Below, in pieces: positions 52,640 to 64,000 of a stretch of 64,000 nucleotides of DNA (the stretch's first letter is position 1; every line of letters starts with the position of its first letter). A model generated the notes under the pieces. It was not told where the DNA came from, made no database searches, and saw nothing but the letters and a program-made list of their open reading frames with translations. A program made the translations under genes and the position numbers. The DNA comes from Podarcis filfolensis. Lineage: Eukaryota. The stretch lies in assembly GCA_964270895.1 (NCBI GenBank), contig OZ185440.1. One strand, written 5' to 3'.

Positions 52640-54029
52640 TAATACAAAATGAGCAACAGCTTTTCTTTGTGTGTGAAGGTGTCAGTGATATTTTTGACTC
52701 AGTTTGTGATGTCCACAAAGATGTGGCTCAGTAGGGTTCTAAACAGAAAAAAATAAGGATACAGCTGGAATCTTCAAAGGATAGGGTAGTAGAGTCATTT
52801 GTCTCCTCACCCCACCCCAAATAGAACTTCCTTAACGACATACAAAAGCCAGAACTGTTTGTTTACATTATTGGCAACTAGGTCTACACATTCAGCTCTT
52901 CTTTAAAAAAGGTAACAAGATGGTCTAGTAGTCTCCAGTTCTGATAGCTGTGAAGGGTAGCCAGAAGACCACACAGGTACTGATAGAATATTTGGATGAA
53001 TAATAATATGGAAGAGTCTGAAATGGAATGCTCTGTCGGCTGGCAAAGCTACTAGAGGGCTTGGCTCCAGTCTGCAATTTGCAAATCAGAGCCAATCAAA
53101 CACACTCTTGCTGTGATAGTGAGGATTTTAAACATTATCAGAAGAACAGGCAATGATCACTACTTTGCTATGAATGTTTACTTGATTGTTTTTGAAATGC
53201 TGCAATTGTAGCAGCATGTTGCTGTTGCTCTTGGATTTGTTTCAAATCAATCAGCATAGCTACCTGAAATTTTTTGAGAGATTTTACATTCCAGTTCAGT
53301 ACGGATTTGCTGAAATAACTGGGTTCAGAATCAGTACGATTTTTAAAAAATCTATTCATTTTATCCTGCAGTGTTGGGAAAACTTTACGTAGAAAAAAAA
53401 ATATTTTGCAAACAGAAGGAAAAAAGCAACAATAATTTGATGCTCAAGTGTAGTTCAAGTGCTAAAAGCAAGCATTCCCAGAGTAACTGATCATGCACTC
53501 TTGCTCCTAGACACAGCACTTTATCCAAAGCAGACACAAAACAAAAACTCTTCACAATGGGCTGGAGACCAGATAACAGCTTCTCATCCCCACTATGAAA
53601 ACAATAGCCTGTAGTTACAGCTAACTGACACAACAGATCTATTTAAAAGCAAGATTCCCAGGCCCTTTGAATAGGATGAACCTATTCTATCACCAGCAAT
53701 GCTGTGAAACAAGGCAAAGATATAGTTCAGGATCTTAGTTCTACAACTTGTAGTTCAGTTTGTGTCTAAAAAACAGGAGCAGAAATTGTTCCTGCCATTG
53801 ATTCTACCTCTTTTCATCAAGGTGGAAACCCTTCCAGCTTCTGAGTGCCGTCCTCAGTCAACACTAGGCACTCTCATTTGCACATGCGACATAAGATGTG
53901 CAATTAAGGAAACTCCCACACATTTATCAACAAACAAGAGACTCAGCATGCACAGCAACGACATAATATCCTATTCTCTAGCTGTGATCAAGAGATGAGG
54001 AGTAGGATGTGGAATTGTGAACTCCCCAG

Positions 54030-55110
54030 CCCCTCCTTTTTCACACACATATTTCTCACGATATTCTTGAGTGCCTTGCCCGAAAGTGAGATGTTTGATG
54101 CTGCTGGATGAACATTATAAAGGGCAGGAAGATCTTTTTCAATACTGGTTTTACCACCACTTCCTTCAATACTGTTGGAACGATGTCCTTTGCTCCCCAA
54201 CCGAATCAGCCTACCCAGCGCAGGCTTCCTTAATCAACCAGGAAGGGCAAGGATTAAGCATGCCAAGTGATGAAGCTCCCAACTTCAAGAATTCTGTCTA
54301 CATCCACAGGCTATGCAAACTAAGAAGTATCCATAGAAACAGGAGAAGCAGCTGCATCTGGTGCTGCCCTCAATTTGGAGTCAAGGCAGAAATATCTATT
54401 AGAGATGATGACTACAAAGTGCTTGGCAAATAGGGCACACCAGGTAACCATCTCCTCTCAGGAGCCACTTGGAACAATTCTGCCAGACAACTCTGTACGG
54501 ACAAAATGGTGCCAGAAAACCAAGACTTATTTTCCACCATCGCTGCCATGAGATGAGCTCTGAAATGAGCTTTAGCCCAACTTCAGTCAAATTCATCATG
54601 CATTTTCCTTTGCGGGAAGTGAAGTTTCATTGCTCAGGGAGCCTCAGAAAACTAGGGAGCCACATGGGCTCACCAAACAGAGAGATCACTCTGGAGTGAA
54701 CATAGCAACTGCTCATGTAGTTTCCCCATTCCAGATGTTAGCAAGTGCTTTGATGGGACTGCCAGCATTACATTGCCCCAGAGCCAGCAGGACTTAATCT
54801 GGACTGGATCTATTTTTCTCTAGGGGCAGATTGTTCTAATAAGCCCTCCACTCAGTAAGCCTAAACCCTGCCAGGCAGAGCTCTATCCATACCAAGGGAA
54901 CCATGTCAAACTTCTCCACCCATGATCACCATCCTGTTCAGAATATAACACCAAATCAAGTGTATGACCAGCCAAATGAAAGAGGCCGGATATCAATAGA
55001 GACAGATATTGTTGTCATGGAGACCATGAAATCCTGATCTGCAACAGATGAGAGGGCCTCAGCAAGGATGCTTGAAGTTGCCATTCCCATTCTGGTTCTG
55101 CAGAAAAGCC
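54030..55110 (-). mobile_element. Old L2 ORF2 fragment (endonuclease to RT start)
   Basis: Minus-strand peptides GHTLDLV (54969-54949), QDFMVSMTT, AELFQV, LNPCPSWLIKEA (54258-54223) and SNISLSGKALKNIV are L2 ORF2 motifs; many stops and frameshifts. Confidence 0.8.
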
Positions 55111-55142
55111 CACTTGGCACCCACTGACATGTTGTTGGGAAA

Positions 55143-55520
55143 ATGATGATGATGATGATAATTGATTTATATGCCCATCTGACTGGGTTGCCCCAGCCAC
55201 TCTGGGCAGCTCCCAACAAAAAGTAGTAAAAACACAATACCACACACTAAAAACTCCTCTAAACAGGGGTGCCTTCAGGTTGAACAGGGCTGTCTTCAGG
55301 TGTCTTTTAAAAAATCACATGGCTGTTTATCTGTTTGACATCAGCTAAAGTGCCTTCCACAGCGTGGGCAAGACTACTGAAAAGGCCCTCTGCCTGGTTC
55401 CCTTTAACTTCACTTCTCGCAATGAGGAAACCACCAGAAGGCACTCAGAGCTGGATCTCAGTGTCCGGGCTGGATGATGGGGGTGGAGATGCTCCTTCAG
55501 GTATACAAGGCCGAAGCTGG
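55143..55520 (-). mobile_element. L2 3' end, younger copy
   Basis: (tga)n tail, then the reverse complement of the 42050 L2 3' UTR (aaggccctctgcctggttccc...). Confidence 0.8.
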
Positions 55521-55794
55521 TTGGAAGGAGGTAGAGCTCTCAGATGTCTAACCCCCTTATCCTGTAACAAGCCAACATAATTCACACTGCCACACTTCCT
55601 GCAACTGCCCACACTCCGAATGGTGCCATCTAGGCCACACACACTGCCAACCCTCACCACTCGATCAAAGCAAAGTTTTAGTAAGACTAAAATACAAGGC
55701 AAATTGCTTCTGAAGAAGAGTTTCAGAAGCAGCATGGCAGCACATTACTGAAAGGGGGGGGGGAATAAAAAAATTCACCAGGGCGGCCCATTCA

Positions 55795-55797
<3 letters not shown>

Positions 55798-55839
<42 letters not shown>
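55798..55839. repeat. (TA)n microsatellite
   Basis: About 21 uninterrupted TA units. Confidence 0.95.
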
Positions 55840-55842
<3 letters not shown>

Positions 55843-56774
55843 AAGTTTTCAAGAAAAAAAATGAAATCACAGATCGATGGAAAAAGAATTTGATGGATAA
55901 ATAGTGCCTACAAAGCACACACTATCCCTTTTGATAATGGCTTTAATTGCAGAGAGGCATTCATTTTCTCATATTTCTCTTATCGCCCAGGACTCCTCTG
56001 TGATTATGTTTTTTGTTTTTTAAAAGTTCTCCTCTGCATTCCTGAGGAAAGCTCTTGAGTTTGTTGATCCTAAGCTGGCACTGAATCCGCAGAGGATGTC
56101 AACATTCACATTTGTTCAGGACAGTTCTTGCATGATAAGTCTCTTTTCTGTGCTTTCCTCTGCTCAGCTTCAATCGCCCCTTTCAGTAAAATAGAGGCAG
56201 GGACGAAGTAATGCAAAAAGAAGGCTGATTTGCTGGTAAGGACTGTTAATCCACAGTTTGCACAATCAAAACACTATTAGGAGATGAATTTGCTGTGTCT
56301 TTCAGAATCACAATCATCTTTCCAACAGGATGCAAAATAAAGTGTGTAACTCGTATATGAAACCTATGCATCAGAATGTTCATGTGCATTACAAATGCCT
56401 CTCTTCCCCACTATCGGCTGTCAGTCACTTACTTTAAAAGCACAAGAGATGATTAAAAGTGATTTAATCTTAACTGTTTACCTTAAGAACATAAGAGCAT
56501 TGTTCTGTGCTTTAAACTTGCAACAATCAGCTGATCATTGGCGCTTCAGAAGGCAGGTCTGCAGCACTTCTGAAATGCTGCCTGATGGGCTGATCGTTGG
56601 AACTTCAGATTGTGGACTAAGTAAACTACAAGCAATAAAGATAAACAATTGTACAGTTAATATACCATAAAACGACTGGATTATCTGAGAAACAGGATTT
56701 ACCCTTGGGGAATCTATCCTGGTTCTTCTTCAGGGAAGGTTACAACATTAAAACACATCTCTGAAGGTGAAATA

Positions 56775-56945
56775 AATTTAAAAATTGTCCAGTAGCACCT
56801 TAGAGCCCAACTAAGTTTGTTCTGGATATAAGCTTTTGTGTGCATGCACACTTTTCAGATACTTAGTTGGTCTCTAAGGGGCTACTGGATAATTTTTTAA
56901 TTTTTTAATTTCAACTGCGTCAGACCAACACGACTACCTACCTGA
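56775..56945. mobile_element. Penelope-like terminal-repeat inverted pair, second copy
   Basis: Arms 56788-56816 and 56861-56889 pair at 27/29; same gtgtgcatgcacac core as the 5.2-kb copy. Confidence 0.65.
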
Positions 56946-58420
56946 ACCTCTGAAGGTGGACGAACTACCAAGAAGGCCCCAATCTGCCAATCTTAACTTT
57001 CCAGAGTGTCTGTAAGGAAGGAGATGATCTTTCAGATATTTGGGGCCTGAGTCATTTAGTGTTCAAATGTGAGTACCTTGAACTGACCACGGAAATGAAT
57101 TGGCAGCCAGTAACGAACTGTTCATTTTAAATTCACCAATAAGACTGACAAATTAATTTTAGATAGAACCTACTTCTTACCATCTTTTCTTTCTGTTTCC
57201 TTAAGGAGCAAGATATTAGAAAGGATTTGATCCTCAGCTCCCATTTTCTTCAGTTCAGCTTTTGTTAGGTGGAGCAAATCCTGGAACCGGCCCAACGAAA
57301 AAGTAGATGGATGAGAAAATATTGACTTTGTTCATTTTTTAAGAAATAATATTCTTTTTTAAAAACGATCCAACATTTTATGACAATAAATTAAAAGCAT
57401 CCAGAACATAATCCCGGAACATAACAAACACTGCTCATTTTTCCATAGGTACTGCTAAGAATTAACACCTAACAAATGAATGTATTGCCAAAAGACAATG
57501 CTATCCAAAGGTTGTTTTTCAATAGCTAATTCTTGTTACTTATTTGTACCACCCTCCTAACCATTTGAAAGCACTGTGAGAAACTCTTTTAGTTCATTAT
57601 CACTTTTCACTTTTTTCTCTCTCTCTGTGCCTTGTCTCTGAGGATCATTAAAAGACACATTCTTTGGAATTTACTTTGAGGAAGGAGTTCTTAACATCCA
57701 GGTCTATTGGGGGAATTTTTGTTTGTTTGTTTACAAGAACTGGCATCTAAGCTGTAGGGCCATAAAACACAGACCACACCATTTAATTACTGTCAGTGTA
57801 TGGCAAAGAACCACCTGCAAGCAATTTCTATTTTAAATTGTGCCATGATCTGAAAAACCTAATTGTTCCCACCCAGCCACCCAGAAGTTGGTGGACTGGA
57901 CAAAGGAGCTGCCAATTCATTTAGGAAACATCCTCCACTTAATTTTCTTAACCTCCATGACCTGTAAAAAGCTGGAACATAATGGTAGACTTGCACATTT
58001 GAAAATGTCTAATTATTTAGTATTATATTTTAATATAAAACCTTCGTGTGGCACAGGGTTGGGAGCAATCTCAGTAAGGAAACAGCTTCTAAAACTGTAA
58101 GATAGTTCATAGATAGAAGAATGACCTAAAGCACTGAACAAATCCATTGTATCCAGGATGCCACACTAGTCAACCAAGGAGGAACAGTTAATTCCTACCT
58201 TCCTACCCCCTCAGGCAAAGGTTCTGGTCTATTTAACTATGAAAGCACTTCTGTTGTGCATACTGTATTATCTTCCAGTTTGCTGTCTGTGTGAACTCAA
58301 TCTTTCTCTTCTTCAGTTGTATAGTGCAGCCTTTTTGTGTGCATCTCAAAGAAAGAAACATTCTCCAGTCCAATGCTACACAATGTTGACTGCCTACCTA
58401 TTGAAAAATGGAACTCTCTG

Positions 58421-58917
58421 GTGAGGAGGGATCACTTGGGAAGACAGGCGAACTAATATCAGTGTACTGGAAGAAGCAAAGATCACCAGTGTTGAAGCAA
58501 TGATTCTTCAACATCAACTTCGTTGGACTGGTCATGTTGTGCGGATGCCTGATTACCGTCTTCCAAAGCAACTGCTCTATTCCAAACTTAAAAATGGAAA
58601 GCGTAATGCTGGTGGTCAACAAAAGAGGTTTAAAGACTGTCTCAAGGCAAATTTTTTAAAATGTAGTATAAACACCAACAACTGAGAAACACTGGCCTGC
58701 AAGTGCTCCAACTGGAGAACAGCCTTTACCAAAGGTGTCATAGGCTTTGAAGACACTCGAACCCAGGATGCAAGGGAGAAACGTGCTAAGAGGAAGGCAC
58801 ATGGAAGGACATGTGGTTCCAGAATTGGCCTCCACTGTCACTTATGGACTCACTGTTAAAACCATGCTTATGGAAGACAATCTTACTCACCTACGAGTAA
58901 CCGCCGAAGAAGAAGAA
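58421..58917 (+). mobile_element. RTE-clade LINE 3' fragment
   Basis: Peptide QLRWTGHVVRMPDYRLPKQLLYSKLKNGKRNAGGQQKRFKDCLK is the RTE C-terminal signature; (gaa)n tail. Confidence 0.9.
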
Positions 58918-59365
58918 GTGTGTGTGTGTCCCACCCTTCAGAAGCTAGTACTGACTCAAGGCTATCTCTGAAATCATTTTGTCTTTAATCATCAGTCTAG
59001 ATTATCAGACTACATTTCCCCAAGAAGTCGTTGGCAATCTGAACAGAGACACAAGGGAAGCAGCAGTCAGAGGGGATTGGAAGTAGGTGTAAACAGGGGA
59101 AGAATGTGTGATTATTTTCATTGCAGTCACATATTCTTCGTCTGTTTACACCTACTTCCATTCCCCTCCAACTGTTGCTTCTCTTGTGTCTATTCTTAGA
59201 TTGTAAACTCCTTGGGGTTAGGATCTGTCTTCTTCCTCTCATTATTTTCTAAGGTTCATGTACATACATGATGCTGTATAAATAAGCAAATAAAAATAGC
59301 CCCAGTTTATGTACAGCACCAGATGGGCACTGTCCATTGTCTCTCTGTTTGGGAAGGTTCTACAG

Positions 59366-59474
59366 CTGGGGTGGGGAACCTGTGTCCCTACAGATGTTGT
59401 CTCATCATTCCTGACCACTGACTATGCTAGCTGAGTCCAGCAACATCTGAAGAACCAGAAGCTCCTTGTCCCTG
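59366..59474. mobile_element. Internally deleted hAT MITE
   Basis: Perfect TSD ttctacag (59358-59365, 59475-59482); core related to the 1036 family. Confidence 0.75.
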
Positions 59475-61720
59475 TTCTACAGGACAGGGCAGATAGCGCT
59501 GTTAATAAATCAACTCCATTTAACAGATTAAAGCAGATAAAATCTCTCTTGCTCAAATCAATCCTTCTTTCATGTGATTTTAAAGACTGCAAATTGCGTC
59601 TGAATCAGCTGCAGGGCCACCAGAACTCAGGGAAAGTGGCATGAGAGCACACCCTCCCTGCAACCAGCAAAAACATCAAGCCCTAAAACACAAAAATAGT
59701 GTATTGGCTAGGACAACCACATTGGCAGACATCACACTACAGTAGTTGGGTTTACTCACTAATAAAGTTTAGAGATTTTCTTATGGGAAACAAACGGGAG
59801 GTTTACAGGATTTGAATTACATTATATCTGGTGTTGGGGGGAAATAACAATAAGTACTGATCCTGATTTAAATGCCTACTCTGGAATTGACCACCATTTA
59901 CATGTGAATAATGTTTGATTTTCCTTACACAACCTGGTTGCTTGAGCTGCTGGGCTTTAAGAAACATGCTTCCACTTACAGAAAATGTATTATGCTCTGC
60001 TTCATGCCTTGAGATTTGCCTCTTTTGTCCATTACCCAAGCAAAAATATTTCTGCCTGTTATGCAAAAAGAGAAAACTAAGGAAACTATGGCTTCTTGGC
60101 ATCAAAACCACTTGTTCTAGCCTGCTTACATGCTAAATATGTTACACACACATTTGCCCACAGGCTGATGTCATATGGTCAGCAACATGTCAAAAACATC
60201 GTTACAGCCCACACTGCTGAGATCACAATTTTTAAACAGACTTGAGGGCTGGAGGAAGCTCAAGGCAGGCATGACATAAAGCAGTTTCAAGATTACTCCA
60301 AGTACATGGTTCCTTTATTACTGGAAATGTTGAACAAGCATTCAAGCAAGAAAAATGACAGCTCTGTTAGCAATATTTTGGAAGCCACCAAGGATTACAA
60401 CTAGACCTACATTAGACCACTGGTCTGACTTGAAATAAGGCAACTTCTGATATTCCTATAACATAAAGAAAATTGAGCTGGGAAGTCCTAGGAAGCAAGC
60501 ACAATTCATTCCCTATAATTCTTCCTGTTTTCTCATCTCCCCTTCCATTTGCATTTAACAATTTCTAGTAGTTCACATTCATCTTTCTCACTGGGAGGAC
60601 TTAAGGAAGTCCTAATCAACGCTTCCTAACCAAATCTATTTATCTGTTCAGCTCGCCTGCCCCACCAGGGGTGTACGATGATGTCAAAATCACAGCCTTT
60701 AAACATCACTTCCCTTAAGCCTGTTAATTAAAACAAAATTTGAAAATAAATTACTATGCAGTGAAACCCCACACTAAGCCCTGCAATTCTCTTACCCTTT
60801 TGCTTCATCCAAGTTCAGAAAAGTTAAACCTTCCAGGCATGTTGCAAAGTCTACCTTTACCTCAATCATTAAAGCATTTGGGCCTTGATCCAGCAAAACA
60901 TTTATAGACATGCTTGAAGTTCATCAAGTGCGTATATGGGGTACTGCTGACTCAGTTGTTCGCAAAGAGGCAAGTAAAGTAAAATAAAATGAAATGAAAG
61001 AGGTAGTAGATGCATGAATCTAAGGGGAGCACCAACAGATAGGCATCACCAGAGCTTGCAGAGCTCATTTCAAAAAGGAACAAGCTCTAGTTCAAGTTCA
61101 AGGTGTCCAAAAATGAACTAATTCCAGTTCAGATTCGTCCCTTTACAAAACAAACTAGTTCAGCCCATGTTCAATTTGCAGTTCAAGTCCATCCAAATGA
61201 TCCTCAGCACCCCCCATCACATTTTGCCCATTCTCGGAACAAAATAAAGCAATATTCTGAAGAGTGAGCAATTAACCCATCAAGCTCTACACAGAGTCAT
61301 TGTGTCTCTCTATGTGCAACACGCTCTCCAAGAACTACAAGTCCCAGACTTCCTTAGTTCCTGCTGGTCTTTTCTGTGCATGGGCAGGTAGAGGCCACAT
61401 CAGAACACAGCAGTAGGCAGCACCATCAGTAATTTAGGAGCACTGAGGACCAGCACCATCAGTAATTTAGGGGCACTGAGATAATATTTACAGCTCCCCG
61501 GAATATGTGTGAGTTGGGGCCTGTAGTTTCCTGAGTTTATAGGAGAATCGACCCTTGGTCCAGGGGCAAGGGAAGAGCAGCTAAATGTCATTTGACTTTA
61601 TTTGCCAAAGATGTAAGAAGCTTTAACAAAAAATAAGGACCCAAAGAAGCTCAAGGGCAGACAAAGGATTTGGGGATGGGGTCTTGTATTTACAGAGTTG
61701 CTCCACGCCCAGATGAATTA

Positions 61721-62190
61721 CCATATTTTTCGCCCCATAGGACGCACTTTTCCCCCTCCAAAAATGAAGGGGAAATGTGTGTGCGTCCTATGGGGCAAAT
61801 GCAGGCTTTCGCTGAAGCCTGGAGAGCGAGAGGGGTTGGTGCGCACTGACCCCTCTCGCTCTCCAGGCTTCGCGCAGATCTCCGTAAGCCGTGGGAGCCC
61901 GCGCCGGCTCCCACGGCTTGCGGGGAGTTGCCTGCATGCCGAAGGCTGGGCGCGCTGAGCTCAGCGCGCCCAGACTTCGCGCGGTTCTCTGCAAGGCGCA
62001 GGAGCCCGGTGCTGGGCTCCCGCGGCTTGCGGAGAGTTGCCTGTTCTAGGGGCTGGGGTCGGGGGAAGCTCGGGCTTCCCCCGCCCCAGCCCCGCGCCTG
62101 GGGGGGAAATAAATTTTTCCCCTTTATTTCCCCCCCAAAAAACTAGGTGCGCCTTATGGGACGGTGCGTCCTATAGGGCGAAAAATACGG
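61721..62190. mobile_element. Tc1/mariner Tc2-like non-autonomous element
   Basis: TIR ccatatttttcgccccataggacgcac / gtgcgtcctatagggcgaaaaatacgg; TA TSD; GC-rich hairpin interior. Confidence 0.85.
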
Positions 62191-63535
62191 TATGTTTGGG
62201 CACTGTATTCAGATCCAGTATATCCCACAGCACTCACTTTCTCTCCCCCCGCCCCTCTCCCTCTCCCTCTCCCTCGTGACCTCATGCCTTGATGCTTTGT
62301 GAGCTTCCAGAAGCATTTTGCTGGTTGGAATTGCGAAGCCAGGCAAGGTGGACTTTGGTTTCTTCCAGCAAGGCAGTTGCAATGCTTATGTGGTTGTCTG
62401 AGCCAAACCTTGGTTTTCCAAAGCTCCTAATTATTAACATGTTTTGTGTCTCCTGACTATTTTACCCGCCACCCACACACTCCTGTTTTATCCAAAGATG
62501 TTAATGTCCTGTACAGATCAATTGGATTCAATGAATTTTACTGTATTTTAGGTTTATTAATGTAAAGCTTTTCTTTTTTTTAAAGTATGTGGCATTCAGT
62601 ATGAGCCCTGCCCTTCTTAGTGTGTTGAGGACTGCAACCCTCATGCTTGACAAACACTTGCAATGCAGATCTGCTGCAGTTTGTATAAAGATTTGCTGCA
62701 CTTTTAACCTCGGGACAAAGAGAAATGCCAAAGGAATTGGAGGATTTACAGAAAAGAGCACATACTGAACAATGAATGAAATAATAAACAATAGCTATCT
62801 AATCTCCCAGGGCCAGCTGCATTTGCTCTGCTATTAATGTGCTAAAGAAAACCCAAAGGCAAATCTAATAAATACAAGAGCTCTATGGCTAGGCCTCACA
62901 AAACTCTGCTTTCTATATATACTTAACTGTTTCGTGTCAATGCTCTGTGGAGCATTTCTTCCCACACTTGCAGCTTTCCATATCCAGAGCAGATAAAGGT
63001 TCTTTCTATCTATAACTAAACAAGCTGATCTAGCTGTTCACATTTTGCAGTCTGTTCCATGCATTTGGATGGCCATGTTTGTTGTACTTCACAGACAACA
63101 ATCCTCCATTTCAAGAGCAGTAAGAGAACAAACCTCTAATTGAAAGCATCCTCTGTTTTGGGAATGGGAAATGTTTTTCATTCTGAGGTGAACCAGAGAC
63201 AACTGTGGATAGAGAAATGAATATAAATTTTATATTTGTACAGTAGGATAGTTTCTACACACTCATTCATGTACTCCTCTCTATCCTCCATGCAGTCAAG
63301 CAAGAGGCGTTATCAGATTTTCAAGGATGTCATCATACTTCAGGGTTGGGGACACATGTGGCCTAGAGAGAGCGGGTGTGGCTTAGAAGGACGTGTGGGC
63401 TGGGGAATAAATAAATAATAGCAACCATGCGACCCCACCAGCATGGGGGTAATGTGTTAACCCCTTCACCTGCACACTATTTTCTGAGTTGCTATTAGCT
63501 CAGCTAAGCAAAGCACATGGGAAACCACATTTAAC

Positions 63536-63986
63536 TGTTATGAGTTTGTGGGTGCTATACACCCTAAATTCCCTGGCTCCAGTAGGTGTCAGAATCTAAT
63601 CAAGACAAATGTTTAAATATAAGCCAGGCCAGTTTCCTGACCAGGAAATCGCCTTGGATGAGAGGCCATTAGGAAGACCTAATGGCAATGAGCCAAAAGA
63701 AGGCAATGAGCCATTAGGAAGGCAGAATGAGTGGGGGCTTTGTGCCAGAAGGCAGTTGGGTAGGGCCCCTCCTTTAGGTGAGAGAGATGGTTAGAAGAAC
63801 AAAAGCCAGGGTTTAGAGTTTGAGTTGGAGGGGTAAAAGGTTGCAGTCTGGTAAAGGCAATAAGCTGGAGAGAGGGTCAGAACATGATGTCTGATGGCTG
63901 GTTGAATCCTAAGCTGTGGCTATGGGAGAAACAAGACCCTGTTGGGGTGTCGTTGCTGTTGCTATGATGTGGAGGGGTTCACAACA
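63536..63986. mobile_element. Possible LTR (TG...CA), 451 bp
   Basis: Starts tgttatga and ends tcacaaca (7/8 inverted); no matching TSD; at the window edge. Confidence 0.4.
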
Positions 63987-64000
63987 CCCCAATAGGGTCA

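Noticed and set aside
21932-57054. Several AP-1 sites (TGAGTCA/TGACTCA)
   Set aside because: About seven seen, versus about eight expected by chance in 64 kb.
1-64000. CRISPR arrays, operons, intact transposases or viral ORFs
   Set aside because: Eukaryotic intronic DNA; no repeat-spacer array, and no ORF longer than 162 aa in the track.

Overview
Vertebrate genomic DNA from a squamate reptile, most likely a lacertid lizard (inferred from Sauria-type SINEs and the MITE families). The window holds the 5' part of BCAR3 (SH2D3B/NSP2/AND-34) on the minus strand: a CpG-island promoter with a non-coding first exon (~41.35 kb to 41077), the first coding exon (28298-27971, ATG at 28290) and a 40-nt exon (15474-15435). 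The SH2-encoding exons lie beyond the left edge. The rest is intron or upstream sequence dense in transposon debris: hAT MITEs with readable 8-bp target-site duplications (TSDs), Tc1/mariner (Tigger/Tc2-like) MITEs with TA TSDs, L2, CR1, RTE and L1 fragments, tRNA-derived SINEs, Penelope-like terminal-repeat hairpins and a possible LTR. Almost all ORFs in the supplied track are spurious. I found no unambiguous new biological system. The best leads are decayed Penelope-type minimal hammerhead hairpins, a Tc2-like element built from six GC-rich hairpins, a dense MYB-site cluster next to a plus-strand splice donor, a candidate frame-switching cassette exon and uORF in the BCAR3 5' leader, and inverted MITE pairs bracketing exons 2-3. 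Gene and repeat-family names come from recalled sequence knowledge, not database searches.
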